NCBI GenBank assembly: GCA_018267365.1
Contig: JAFDYQ010000014.1
Location: 10,897-74,896 of the forward strand
Direction: 5' to 3'
Origin: Bacteroidota bacterium
GTDB taxonomy: Bacteria > Bacteroidota > Bacteroidia > Chitinophagales > LD1
DNA length: 64,000 nucleotides
This document shows, in pieces, positions 27,491-36,601 of this stretch (position 1 is the first letter of the stretch; the number at the start of each line of letters is the position of its first letter). The notes below the pieces were generated by a model, which saw nothing but the letters and a program-made list of their open reading frames with translations, did not search any database and was not told the DNA's origin. Both the position numbers and the translations under genes were made by a program.

Positions 27491-27885
27491 TGACAGATAA
27501 GCGATGCAAGGTATGGTTCTATATAGATCAGGAGATGGAGGAGCTTGTGCCTGTCTTTCGGGAGTTGTTTGCTGCTCCTGAGCTGCGGCACGACTATGAA
27601 AATGTATGGGAGTGGTCAGAGGGATACAGCGGTCTATACCAGGCGCGGATCAATATCAGCAGGGATCATGGTGGTTCGTGGGTGGAAGACGATGAGCCAT
27701 TGCCGCTATACAATATCCGTCCGATCATGTTCATGTTTTTCCAGGAGACACTATCATTAGAAGTATACAAGGAGGTCGCACATGCTATATCCGGGAAACT
27801 AAATGTGACAACCTACTGGGGGTATATCACCATACGCGGTGATGATTCATATGAAGACGAGATACTGGGTAGTTATCCGCAATAG
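27490..27885 (+). CDS. Hypothetical acidic cytoplasmic protein (131 aa)
   Basis: The ATG overlaps the upstream stop by one base (TAATG). No family recognised. Confidence 0.5.
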   Translation: MTDKRCKVWFYIDQEMEELVPVFRELFAAPELRHDYENVWEWSEGYSGLYQARINISRDHGGSWVEDDEPLPLYNIRPIMFMFFQETLSLEVYKEVAHAISGKLNVTTYWGYITIRGDDSYEDEILGSYPQ

Positions 27886-28006
27886 TGATATATACGCAGG
27901 CTTCCTCTCAGCCGAGTCATTCACACTCTTTAGCGAATTTTGGCAAATGGCCCGCATACGCTTTGCATCTTTGCACCGTTACTACGGAAACTAAAATTTA
28001 AACTAT

Positions 28007-28777
28007 ATGAAAAACACACTTCTCTCCGCGATGTTCATCGCTGCATCCCTCATGGCTACCGCTCAGGACAATAAACCTACCAAAGGCGATGTAGGTATCT
28101 GGTATGGAGTCTCCTTTGTGCCTGTCACGCAGAATGTCTACATCACTGGCTATCTCACGGATCATGTGGAGTTTGGAGGCACTGTGGGTTTTACCTTCAA
28201 TAACCACAGCAACTCTCAGTTTTCAACCGTCAATATCTTCACCAATAGCGGCTTTACCGATGCACAGTTCGAGCACCAAACAGGATCGCGAAACATTTCT
28301 CTCAGCCTGAGCCCGATGGTGCTTTATCACTTTAATATCAAAAGCAACCTCGATCTGGGCCTCGGTGCTAATCTGCCGATATCTGTCTATACAGGCAGCA
28401 GGTCTACTGTCAGTGACATCACCACTACTGACAATTACTACAGCAAAACAGACTATGTGACGACAGCGCCGCCGTCTATAGGGGTGGGAGCCGGTATGCT
28501 GATCTCCTGCAAATACTTTTTCTACAAGAACCTCGCAATAGGCGCTATGGGTAATCTGGGGCTCAATACGATCAATGTAAACGGCACTGTAAAAGAAACA
28601 AACTCTACTACCAATAGCGGCAGCAACAACCCAGGTACCGGATACAACCCTACTACGACCTCAGAAAATAAGTATAAGGCCAATGACCAAACCCTTGAGT
28701 TTCTGCACAATTTCAACCTCAATCTGTCCTGGTACTTTGGTAGTAAGAAGAGAGCTGCATCTACGGCAGCGCGGTAA
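28007..28777 (+). CDS. Outer-membrane beta-barrel protein (porin-family-like)
   Basis: Signal peptide MKNTLLSAMFIAASLMATAQ. Alternating hydrophobic beta-strand pattern with Gly/Asn/Thr-rich loops and an aromatic residue near the C-terminal strand (LNLSWYF). Confidence 0.6.
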   Translation: MKNTLLSAMFIAASLMATAQDNKPTKGDVGIWYGVSFVPVTQNVYITGYLTDHVEFGGTVGFTFNNHSNSQFSTVNIFTNSGFTDAQFEHQTGSRNISLSLSPMVLYHFNIKSNLDLGLGANLPISVYTGSRSTVSDITTTDNYYSKTDYVTTAPPSIGVGAGMLISCKYFFYKNLAIGAMGNLGLNTINVNGTVKETNSTTNSGSNNPGTGYNPTTTSENKYKANDQTLEFLHNFNLNLSWYFGSKKRAASTAAR

Positions 28778-28786
28778 TAAAACACA

Positions 28787-28816
28787 AATGGCACAGATAT
28801 GATACCTGTGCCATTT
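28787..28816. terminator. Rho-independent terminator hairpin between convergent genes
   Basis: 11 bp perfect stem AAATGGCACAG / CTGTGCCATTT followed by TTATTATTT. Confidence 0.7.
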
Positions 28817-28836
28817 ATTATTTCTGGTAGTGTAGT

Positions 28837-30015
28837 TTACTTGAAAGCATCCAGCCCTGTCACATCCATACCGGTGATGAGCAGGTGTATGTCATGCGTA
28901 CCCTCGTAGGTGATCACCGTCTCCAGGTTCATGAGGTGGCGCATGATAGGATACTCTCCGGTGATACCCATACCGCCGAGTATCTGGCGGGCAGTGCGGG
29001 CCACGTTGAGCGCCATGTCGCAGCTATTGCGCTTGGCCATAGATATCTGGGCTGGTGTAGCGCGGCCTTCATTCTTCAGCACACCGAGGCGCCATACGAG
29101 TAGCTGTGCTTTGGTGATCTCTGTGATCATCTCCGCCAGTTTTTTCTGAGTGAGCTGAAACTGTCCTATCGGCTTACCAAACTGGATGCGCTCCTTGCTA
29201 TAGCGCAGGGCGGTATCGTAGCAGTCCAGCGCCGCGCCTATAGCACCCCATGCTATGCCGTAGCGGGCAGTAGAGAGGCAGCCGAGTGGCCCTTTGATAC
29301 CCTCCACATTTGGCAGCAGGTTTTCCTTAGGCACCTTCACATTGTCAAATACCAGCTCGCCGGTGATAGAGGCGCGCAGGGACCATTTGCCATGCGTGGT
29401 AGGCGTGGTGAAGCCCTCCATACCGCGCTCTACTATGAGGCCGCGTATCTTGCCGTTTTCATTCTTGGCCCATACCACAGCTATGTCAGCGTAAGGAGCA
29501 TTGGAGATCCACATCTTGGCGCCATTCAGCAGATAGTGGTCGCCCTTGTCTTCAAACTTTGTCTCCATGCCCGCAGGATTGGACCCGTGGTTTGGCTCCG
29601 TGAGGCCAAAGCAGCCGAAGAGTTCGCCTTTGGCTAGCTTAGGCAGATACTTGTAGCGCTGCTCCTCGCTGCCATACTTGTAGATAGGGTACATCACGAG
29701 CGATCCCTGCACAGAGGCCGTAGAGCGAATACCCGAGTCGCCGCGCTCCAGCTCCTGCATGATGATGCCGTAGCTGATCTCATCCAGGCCACCGCCACCG
29801 TACTGCGCCGGTATGCTCGGACCAAAGGCACCGATCTCGCCCAGCTCTTTCACTATGTGGCGGGGGAAGTCTGCGCGCTGCGCATAGTCCTCTATGATAG
29901 GGCTTACTTTCTCTTTGACGAAAGCCTGTACACTCTGGCGGATCAGTTTGTGCTCCGTGGTGAGCAGGTCATCTATATTGTAGTAGTCGTGGTGCTGATA
30001 GAGGTCTTGTTTCAT
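28837..30015 (-). CDS. gcdH: Glutaryl-CoA dehydrogenase (acyl-CoA dehydrogenase family)
   Basis: Internal ATG (MKQDLYQHHDYYNIDDLL). ACAD fold motifs are present, and the C-terminal GEYPIMRHLMNLETVITYEGTHDIHLLITG...TGLDAFK is characteristic of GCDH. Confidence 0.8.
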   Translation of the reverse strand: MKQDLYQHHDYYNIDDLLTTEHKLIRQSVQAFVKEKVSPIIEDYAQRADFPRHIVKELGEIGAFGPSIPAQYGGGGLDEISYGIIMQELERGDSGIRSTASVQGSLVMYPIYKYGSEEQRYKYLPKLAKGELFGCFGLTEPNHGSNPAGMETKFEDKGDHYLLNGAKMWISNAPYADIAVVWAKNENGKIRGLIVERGMEGFTTPTTHGKWSLRASITGELVFDNVKVPKENLLPNVEGIKGPLGCLSTARYGIAWGAIGAALDCYDTALRYSKERIQFGKPIGQFQLTQKKLAEMITEITKAQLLVWRLGVLKNEGRATPAQISMAKRNSCDMALNVARTARQILGGMGITGEYPIMRHLMNLETVITYEGTHDIHLLITGMDVTGLDAFK

Positions 30016-30093
30016 GATCTTCTGTCTGTTTATTGCGGGTGCAAGATAGAAAAATGTCCCTGAATGGATAGCGCCGCCATCTATGTGTGTCAC

Positions 30094-30525
30094 TCAGTGG
30101 AAGGGGCCTAGATGTAGTAGCATAACATTGCGTAGAGTGAAAGCCATGAGCAGGCCAAAGCTCACTACTGGTACCATGATGAGACTAATGATAGTCAGTA
30201 GAACCTGCATACCTCTATGCCCCATTCTGCGGGATAATAGTGCCGCTAGTGAGAGTCCTATGCTGAGGCAGAGGAGCGCTAATGTAGGAGTTATGGCTGC
30301 CAGTGCCATATCGCCCATATCACTATGCCGCGTAGCACCTGGTGGTAAAGGTGCATTAAAAATACGGTACAAGATCCCGATGATGATAGTTAGCATTAAT
30401 AACGACAGGGAAAAGTGAAAAATCAATATGCGGCGCACAAATGCCACGTTGCTAAACCAGCTCTTTCGTTTAGCATAAATGGTAGCAGCGATCATGACCG
30501 CTACGATCAGTTCCCATAATAGCAT
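30094..30525 (-). CDS. Hypothetical integral membrane protein (about 4 TM)
   Basis: Four hydrophobic segments. No family recognised. Confidence 0.45.
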   Translation of the reverse strand: MLLWELIVAVMIAATIYAKRKSWFSNVAFVRRILIFHFSLSLLMLTIIIGILYRIFNAPLPPGATRHSDMGDMALAAITPTLALLCLSIGLSLAALLSRRMGHRGMQVLLTIISLIMVPVVSFGLLMAFTLRNVMLLHLGPFH

Positions 30526-30600
30526 ATCCTAAAATAGAAAATGCAATCATATTTGTCCATCACAAAAAGTTCTATTTTTAAACCAAGCAAAACACATCTC

Positions 30601-30963
30601 ATGGGTCTGATAGGAGTAGAGGGTTTACAGTTTTACAGTCATCACGGCTACTACAAGGAAGAACAGGTACTGGGCGGCAAATATGTGGTAGACATATATC
30701 TCCGTACCAATCTGTCTGAAGCTGCCGAGTCGGACCAGCTCAATAAGACCATCAACTATGAGCAGATCTACCAGATCACAAAGGTAGAGATGGAGGCGCA
30801 TTCTAAACTCATAGAGCACGTGTGCAAGAGGATACTGGATGCTGTGAAAGCTACATTCCCGGAGATAGTATGGATCAAGGTACGTGTGAGCAAACACAAC
30901 CCGCCGCTGAAGGGTAATGTAGAAAGGGTATACATAGAACTGGAGGAAGGGACTAAAGCCTAA
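30601..30963 (+). CDS. folB: Dihydroneopterin aldolase
   Basis: GLQFYSHHGYYKEEQVLGGKYVVD ... DQLNKTINYEQIY ... KVRVSKHNPP matches the FolB pattern. 120 aa from the internal ATG. Confidence 0.85.
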   Translation: MGLIGVEGLQFYSHHGYYKEEQVLGGKYVVDIYLRTNLSEAAESDQLNKTINYEQIYQITKVEMEAHSKLIEHVCKRILDAVKATFPEIVWIKVRVSKHNPPLKGNVERVYIELEEGTKA

Positions 30964-30965
30964 GC

Positions 30966-31445
30966 CTATACCGCTACCCTCATCTCGTCGTAGCGCTTCT
31001 CTATCTGAAATACAGAGAGGCGGTGATTGATCTCCAGCGAGCGCCGCACGGAGATAAAGAAGTCTATCAGTCTCTTGAAATCAGTTGGCTTTTGTATGTA
31101 TGCGTCTGCTCTCAGATTGTAGCAGTCTATCATGTCATATTTGTAGTCAGAGTTGGTCATGATAAACACCGGGATAGTAGCAAAACGGGTGTCACCCTTG
31201 ATCCTGGCCAGGAGTTCCTTGCCGTTTACCTTGGGCATATTGAGGTCCAGCAGTATCATGCTAAAAGGTTCACTCATGCTATAGCCTGACTCGAGAAGCG
31301 AGAACGCCTCATCCCCGTCGTACGCATATCTGGTCGTGGTCATCTCATCCAGCCCGGCCTCTCGTATCGCCTCTATCATGAGGCGGACATCGGCAGGGTT
31401 GTCCTCTATCATTAGAAGATTGCATGTGGGGTACACGTCAGACAT
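30966..31445 (-). CDS. Stand-alone response regulator receiver protein
   Basis: REC motifs LLMIEDNPAD, ILLDLNMPKVNG and IQKP. No output domain. Confidence 0.85.
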   Translation of the reverse strand: MSDVYPTCNLLMIEDNPADVRLMIEAIREAGLDEMTTTRYAYDGDEAFSLLESGYSMSEPFSMILLDLNMPKVNGKELLARIKGDTRFATIPVFIMTNSDYKYDMIDCYNLRADAYIQKPTDFKRLIDFFISVRRSLEINHRLSVFQIEKRYDEMRVAV

Positions 31446-31564
31446 AAAATTAATTTGTCTACAAAGCTAACACGGCGGCCTCAGCGGCAAATATTACCCA
31501 TGTTTATAATATCCACATCAGACGTGCGGTGCCGGATATTTTGCTTTGATTTATAGACAATGCC

Positions 31565-33043
31565 CTAGTGAGGTTCCTCCTCATTCTCATCGTGGATGAT
31601 AGGAGGCGACTTAGGCTTGTAGCTAGGGTCTATCTCGTGGCGGATAAAGTCCTCTACCTGCTCTGCGCCTATGCGCTTGGCCTTGATCACCTTATTGCTA
31701 TCCAGTATATACAGCTGCGGAGTGCTCTGTATATCCCACTCAAAGCGGAAGTTATTCTGACGGTATGGATCGGCTACGTTGATCCAGTCCAGGTCATGCT
31801 CACGGATGAAGTCTGTCCACTTTTTAAACTCCTCTATAGACATGATAGCCGGCGCATAGATCTCTACATCTATACCTTCCTTCTTCATTTTGTGATAGGC
31901 CTCAGCCAGCTTTGGCACTTCTTTTTTGCAGTGGCCGCAGTCTGGATCCCAAAAGCAGAGTACTGTAAATTTGTGCTTTACATCATACAGTGAGTGCATC
32001 TGCTTTAGAGTGGTGTCCGCCAGATTGATGTTGCGTGCTTTTTTGCCTATCAGCAGTGGCTCGAGTATGCGGCCCCGCTCAGTGATCTTGTAGAGCTGCA
32101 CAGAGTCTACCCATGGTGTGTATCCTTTGGCGTAGTAGTTTTTGACCAGGTGTACATATACAGCGTCAAAGCCCATGATCTTAGACTTGGCCATTTCATT
32201 CAGCATATATACCAGAGTATATTTAAAGAGTTCCCCCTTTGGAGGCATCTTCTTTAGCAGCGCATCGCCGTCCTCTATGATAGAGTCCGGTATCTGTATG
32301 ATAGTACGGGTGTAAAATTCCTTGAGCTTATTGTGAAATACCGGCGTGCGCAGCAGGCGGTCGTCATTCAGATTTACATTATCCCAATAGCGGTTTTTGT
32401 AGTCGCGCCATACCCAGTTTGAGTCTACTTTCAGGCGGCCTACTGCATCACGTGGTGCCTCCTTGGGCTTCACGGGCTCCATAGCCTTGATGATCGCTGC
32501 ATAGAAGGTTTTCGGATGCTCTTTTATGATCCTTAGCCTTTCACTCGTCACTATTGAGTCTATGCCTTGCAGTTTGTGCCTGATGGCTTCTTTTTTCGCA
32601 GGGTCCTGCTCACTCCTCATGGCGCTATTCATCGCTTCTCCTTCTTTGCGCTCCTTATTGAGAAAGTGCATATCGTCATAAAATATCTGGTTTTCCTCAG
32701 AGCCTGTGACTTTCACATTATTGGCCAGATCGTTTGTATCTGTGGCGATAGCAAAGCGCTGCTCATTCACTATAAATTCAAAATACTTATTGCCCAGCTT
32801 TGGGAATACAGCCAGGTATATACCCGCCGGCAGGTCGGTATCTGCTTTCAGCGTGACACTACCCGTGGCATCCAGATTCACCGTGTCTTTCACATACTGC
32901 TTGTCACCATAGTAGTAGGCCAGGATCATTTTGCTATTGGGCAGATTGCGTACCGTGATCTTGATATTGTGGCCCTTGCCACCGGCTGCAAAGAGCGAAA
33001 GGGCTATGATACAACTGAAGAGTGTAGCAGAAAATTTTCTCAT
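31565..33043 (-). CDS. Thioredoxin-fold (TlpA/AhpC-like) thiol:disulfide oxidoreductase with an N-terminal extension
   Basis: Signal peptide from the internal ATG. Redox motif CFWDPDCGHCKKEVPKL in the C-terminal thioredoxin-like domain. Confidence 0.8.
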   Translation of the reverse strand: MRKFSATLFSCIIALSLFAAGGKGHNIKITVRNLPNSKMILAYYYGDKQYVKDTVNLDATGSVTLKADTDLPAGIYLAVFPKLGNKYFEFIVNEQRFAIATDTNDLANNVKVTGSEENQIFYDDMHFLNKERKEGEAMNSAMRSEQDPAKKEAIRHKLQGIDSIVTSERLRIIKEHPKTFYAAIIKAMEPVKPKEAPRDAVGRLKVDSNWVWRDYKNRYWDNVNLNDDRLLRTPVFHNKLKEFYTRTIIQIPDSIIEDGDALLKKMPPKGELFKYTLVYMLNEMAKSKIMGFDAVYVHLVKNYYAKGYTPWVDSVQLYKITERGRILEPLLIGKKARNINLADTTLKQMHSLYDVKHKFTVLCFWDPDCGHCKKEVPKLAEAYHKMKKEGIDVEIYAPAIMSIEEFKKWTDFIREHDLDWINVADPYRQNNFRFEWDIQSTPQLYILDSNKVIKAKRIGAEQVEDFIRHEIDPSYKPKSPPIIHDENEEEPH

Positions 33044-33194
33044 TCTGGTCTTTGTTTGTTTGATGGTCAAATCTATTCAGAATTAATTTAACAAGCGCAG
33101 GGGGCATTATAAAATACCGTTAAAAATAATTAAGCCTGTCCTGCGGTTTTCAGAGCAATGATGAGAGTGCAGGGCTGAGGGTTGCATACAAAAA

Positions 33195-33222
33195 AAGAAC
33201 CCTGCGGTAAAGCAGGGTTCTT
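33195..33222 (-). terminator. Rho-independent terminator of the 33246..35735 gene
   Basis: Stem AAGAACCCTGC / GCAGGGTTCTT, followed on the minus strand by a T-run. Confidence 0.7.
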
Positions 33223-33245
33223 AAACAAATATTATGATTCAGATA

Positions 33246-35735
33246 TTACCTGGCGATCGATATCTGCTTCAGTGCGTTTTTGCCTGATGCTGTCTGTATC
33301 TTCAGGATGTATGCTCCAGGAGCCAGGTTGCTCAGGTTGAGTGTAGTCTTGCTGCCCTTGATAGGAGTAGACTCTGTAGCTATTTCACCCAGTGCGTTGA
33401 ATACTGTAGCCATAGCCTCGTCATTAGAGGTAGATGGCATTTCGATATTTACTACACCTGTAGATGGATTAGGGTACACGCTGATGGTCTTTTCAAACTC
33501 CGGATCATTGATACCGATGGTCACATTGATGATCGCATGAGCTGTATCCTGACCGAATACGTTTGAAACAGAGAGTACCACGGTCTTCTGACCATTAGAC
33601 GAGTAGGTCTTGTTTACAGACGTCACGTTAAATGGATTGCTGGTACCATCACCCCAGGTCCATATGTGGTTTGTAGGCAGGTTTTCACTGCTATCCTGGA
33701 AGTGGAAAGTCTGACCTGTATACTTGATATAAGTGATGTGGGCGATAGGCACGTCAGCCACGATCACAGTCTGAGTAAAGGTGGAGCTGTTATTCTCCGG
33801 GTTGGTAGCTGTCCATGTAGCGTGGTATACGCCTATAGAGTCGGTATTATTGCTGCCATCTACAGGTATATTGTCAGTATAGCTAGGGGTGATGACACCA
33901 TACTGGCAGTCAGCTGCCGAGGAGGTAGGACGATTGTATGGGTGTCCTTTTTGTACAAATACAGTGTCAGGACCGTTTACTATGAGTGTTGGCGGTGCAT
34001 TATCAAACTTGTAGACAAAGTCAGACGGGCTGAAGTTGAGGTTCTGGCAGTAGTAGAACTGAGCCGGATTATCGCTTGACTTGGTGCCGACAGCGGCACG
34101 GTAGTCAGGATTGGTCAGTACTGCCGGTACATTCCAGTCGCCATTGGTCTTGTGGAGCGGGTTGTATGAAACTGATGGGAAGAGTGCACCACCCACAGCG
34201 CCTGCAGGCATATTGACAGTAGTACCGCCAAACATAGAGTCACCTGCTGTGAAGTTCTTAATGTCAGTCACCTTGCGTATAGTCATGTCTATACCTACAC
34301 CAAAGAGGTTAGGGCTGATATTCGTATTGCCTGCGTCTGTGACACCGGCTACTACAGAGGTATCAGTATCTGTCCAGAGGGCAAATATCTTGGTACCATC
34401 ATCGCTACGGGCTACCTGTACACGATTGCCATCGCTCAGTGCGCCGCTGGAGCTGGTCACATAGTCTGCATTGTAGGAAAATACCTGAGCGAGCATATTG
34501 GCCTGCCAGTTGCAGCCCGGGATAGATGGATTGCGATAGATATCATAGAGTACATTCACAGCCAGCGGGTAAAAGCTGTACTGATTTGATGTGCTGTCTG
34601 CCTGGTCTACTATAGCTATGACGTGAGGATTGCCGGCAGAGTCTACTGTGATCTGAGCATCACCCATGATAGACTTCTTAGTACCATCTGTGGTCACAGT
34701 ATTGTTAAACATACCTGGCATTTCATCCAGATGCAGAGTCTCTACAGGTCCCCATGTAGCACCACCGTCTGTGGTCTTCATCACCTGTGGCAGGAGTATA
34801 TAGTCCTGGTCTTCTACCATGTCTGCGGTGAAGAGGATCCAGCCGATCTGGCCCGTAGGGTCAAATGCGATAGTAGGGTTCAGCAGGGCATGGCCTACTG
34901 CATTACCATTGGCATCATAGAAGTGTGCCGCAGCTACAGGCAGCACGCGGTTGGTCCATGTAGTAGCATGTGTAGTAGTGTCATAGACTCCCTTCTCCAC
35001 TACCAGGCCGTAGATAGAGTCAGTAGTGCTGGAGGTCTGGATATATGCCCTGGTGATATTCCAATACGTGTGTGGCTCACCACGGGTGAGGCTCTCGAGT
35101 ATTTCTATCTCACCATGGTTTACTGTATCACGTGCCTCACTGTAGGTAGCAGAGCCACCGCCCAGCTGGGCTGAGCCGTAGTAGTTGCCCTCCCATACAG
35201 CTATAGACTCGCCATTGTGCCAGGTACCGTCATAGATAAACCAGGTACTGTCTGCATTGGTCTGCCATGGTTGGCGCTCCAGCATAGCCTGCGGGTAGCG
35301 GCCATTGATGCCGGGAGATCCGTTGTTATTAGATGGATTCAGTACGCCCAGGTTGAGATTCCAGGTGGTACCGCCATCTTTAGAGTAGTCATAGCGATAC
35401 TGGCCTACGTTATTATTGCCTGTATTGCAGCAGGCTGCAGTCTGGTCATTTCTGTGTATGAAAAGGACGGTATTGATCGTGCTGTCACATACGATATCCC
35501 GGCTGGCGCTGTTGAGTACTGTGAGCAGGTTGCCGGCGCTACCTACCATTACCTTCTGCAGTGATCCTGAGCGTGCAGACCTCTGCGGTGCATTGGCGTT
35601 ATTCACTAGAGCAGCGCGCTGGGCACCGGGCGCTGTCATACGTGGCGTCGGCTTGAGCTTTCTGGAGAGGTCATTACCTGCTACCAGCGAAAGACCCATC
35701 ACTGAAACCAGAGAGAGTAAAGCGAGTTTTTTCAT
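33246..35735 (-). CDS. Large secreted BNR/Asp-box repeat protein with a PKD domain and T9SS C-terminal sorting domain
   Basis: Signal peptide (MKKLALLSLVSVMGLSLVAG). Asp-box motifs are SKDGGTTW, TTDGGATW and RSDDGTKIF. A PKD-like segment (WTWGDGTS ... YSSNGQKTVVLSVSN) is present, and the tail is VYPNPSTGVVNI ... YILKIQT. Confidence 0.8.
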   Translation of the reverse strand: MKKLALLSLVSVMGLSLVAGNDLSRKLKPTPRMTAPGAQRAALVNNANAPQRSARSGSLQKVMVGSAGNLLTVLNSASRDIVCDSTINTVLFIHRNDQTAACCNTGNNNVGQYRYDYSKDGGTTWNLNLGVLNPSNNNGSPGINGRYPQAMLERQPWQTNADSTWFIYDGTWHNGESIAVWEGNYYGSAQLGGGSATYSEARDTVNHGEIEILESLTRGEPHTYWNITRAYIQTSSTTDSIYGLVVEKGVYDTTTHATTWTNRVLPVAAAHFYDANGNAVGHALLNPTIAFDPTGQIGWILFTADMVEDQDYILLPQVMKTTDGGATWGPVETLHLDEMPGMFNNTVTTDGTKKSIMGDAQITVDSAGNPHVIAIVDQADSTSNQYSFYPLAVNVLYDIYRNPSIPGCNWQANMLAQVFSYNADYVTSSSGALSDGNRVQVARSDDGTKIFALWTDTDTSVVAGVTDAGNTNISPNLFGVGIDMTIRKVTDIKNFTAGDSMFGGTTVNMPAGAVGGALFPSVSYNPLHKTNGDWNVPAVLTNPDYRAAVGTKSSDNPAQFYYCQNLNFSPSDFVYKFDNAPPTLIVNGPDTVFVQKGHPYNRPTSSAADCQYGVITPSYTDNIPVDGSNNTDSIGVYHATWTATNPENNSSTFTQTVIVADVPIAHITYIKYTGQTFHFQDSSENLPTNHIWTWGDGTSNPFNVTSVNKTYSSNGQKTVVLSVSNVFGQDTAHAIINVTIGINDPEFEKTISVYPNPSTGVVNIEMPSTSNDEAMATVFNALGEIATESTPIKGSKTTLNLSNLAPGAYILKIQTASGKNALKQISIAR

Positions 35736-35882
35736 GTTTAAATTTTGTTTAAGAGGTTCCAAATTTAGCCAAAAACTTAAGACTCTTATGATTTGTGGTT
35801 AAAAATTTGGTCATACTATTGTCAGGACTCGTGGATTTGTTAATGGAAACGGCAGATGCTGAAAATCAATGGATGGAAGCGC

Positions 35883-36599
35883 TTAATGCGTCTCCATGTA
35901 GTTTTTCAGGCTGGCCTCGTCCAGCTGTGTACCCGCTGCCTCGTGAAAGCTGCCTGACTCGGCTATGAGCAGTGCGCGGTCACTATATGGCAGGGCCGCA
36001 GATATATCATGTGTGGATAGGAGGAGGGTTTTGCCATGATCTGTAGCCAGTATACGGATGGTGCGCAGCAGCTCGGCCTTGTTTTTATAGTCCAGAAAGG
36101 CTGTCGGCTCGTCCATGATGATCACCGGTGTATCCTGCGCTATAGATTTAGCTATCAGAGCCTTTTGGCGCTCACCATCGCTTACCTGGTTGATCTTTTT
36201 ATCCACCAGGTGGGCTATGCCGGCTATCTCTATGGCACGCGCTATGGCCGCCTCGTCTGCTGCTGATAGGCGTGCCGCCCAGTCTGTATATGGGTAGCGG
36301 CCCAGTGCTACCAGCTCTCTGACGCTGATATACGGGTCAAAATCCCTGCCTGTAAAGACCCCGCTGATCAGCCGTGCCCGCTCAGGAGGGGAGAGGGTGT
36401 GAATATTACGGCTATCTATCTGTACCTGACCGGCTATAGGTGCCAGCAGGCCGCACAGCGTACGCAGCAAGGTTGACTTGCCTATACCATTGATGCCGAG
36501 CAGCAGGATGACCTGCCCGCTATCTGCCCCAAAACTGATACGTGAGAGGAGCGGGCGGTCACTCTGATAGCCTACGCTGAGATCTGTAGCTGTGAGCAT
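35883..36599 (-). CDS. ABC transporter ATP-binding protein, iron-siderophore/cobalamin (FecE/BtuD-like) type
   Basis: Walker A GINGIGKST, signature VSDGERQK, Walker B IIMDEPTAFLD. No permease or binding-protein gene is nearby. Confidence 0.8.
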   Translation of the reverse strand: MLTATDLSVGYQSDRPLLSRISFGADSGQVILLLGINGIGKSTLLRTLCGLLAPIAGQVQIDSRNIHTLSPPERARLISGVFTGRDFDPYISVRELVALGRYPYTDWAARLSAADEAAIARAIEIAGIAHLVDKKINQVSDGERQKALIAKSIAQDTPVIIMDEPTAFLDYKNKAELLRTIRILATDHGKTLLLSTHDISAALPYSDRALLIAESGSFHEAAGTQLDEASLKNYMETH

Positions 36600-36601
36600 C
36601 T

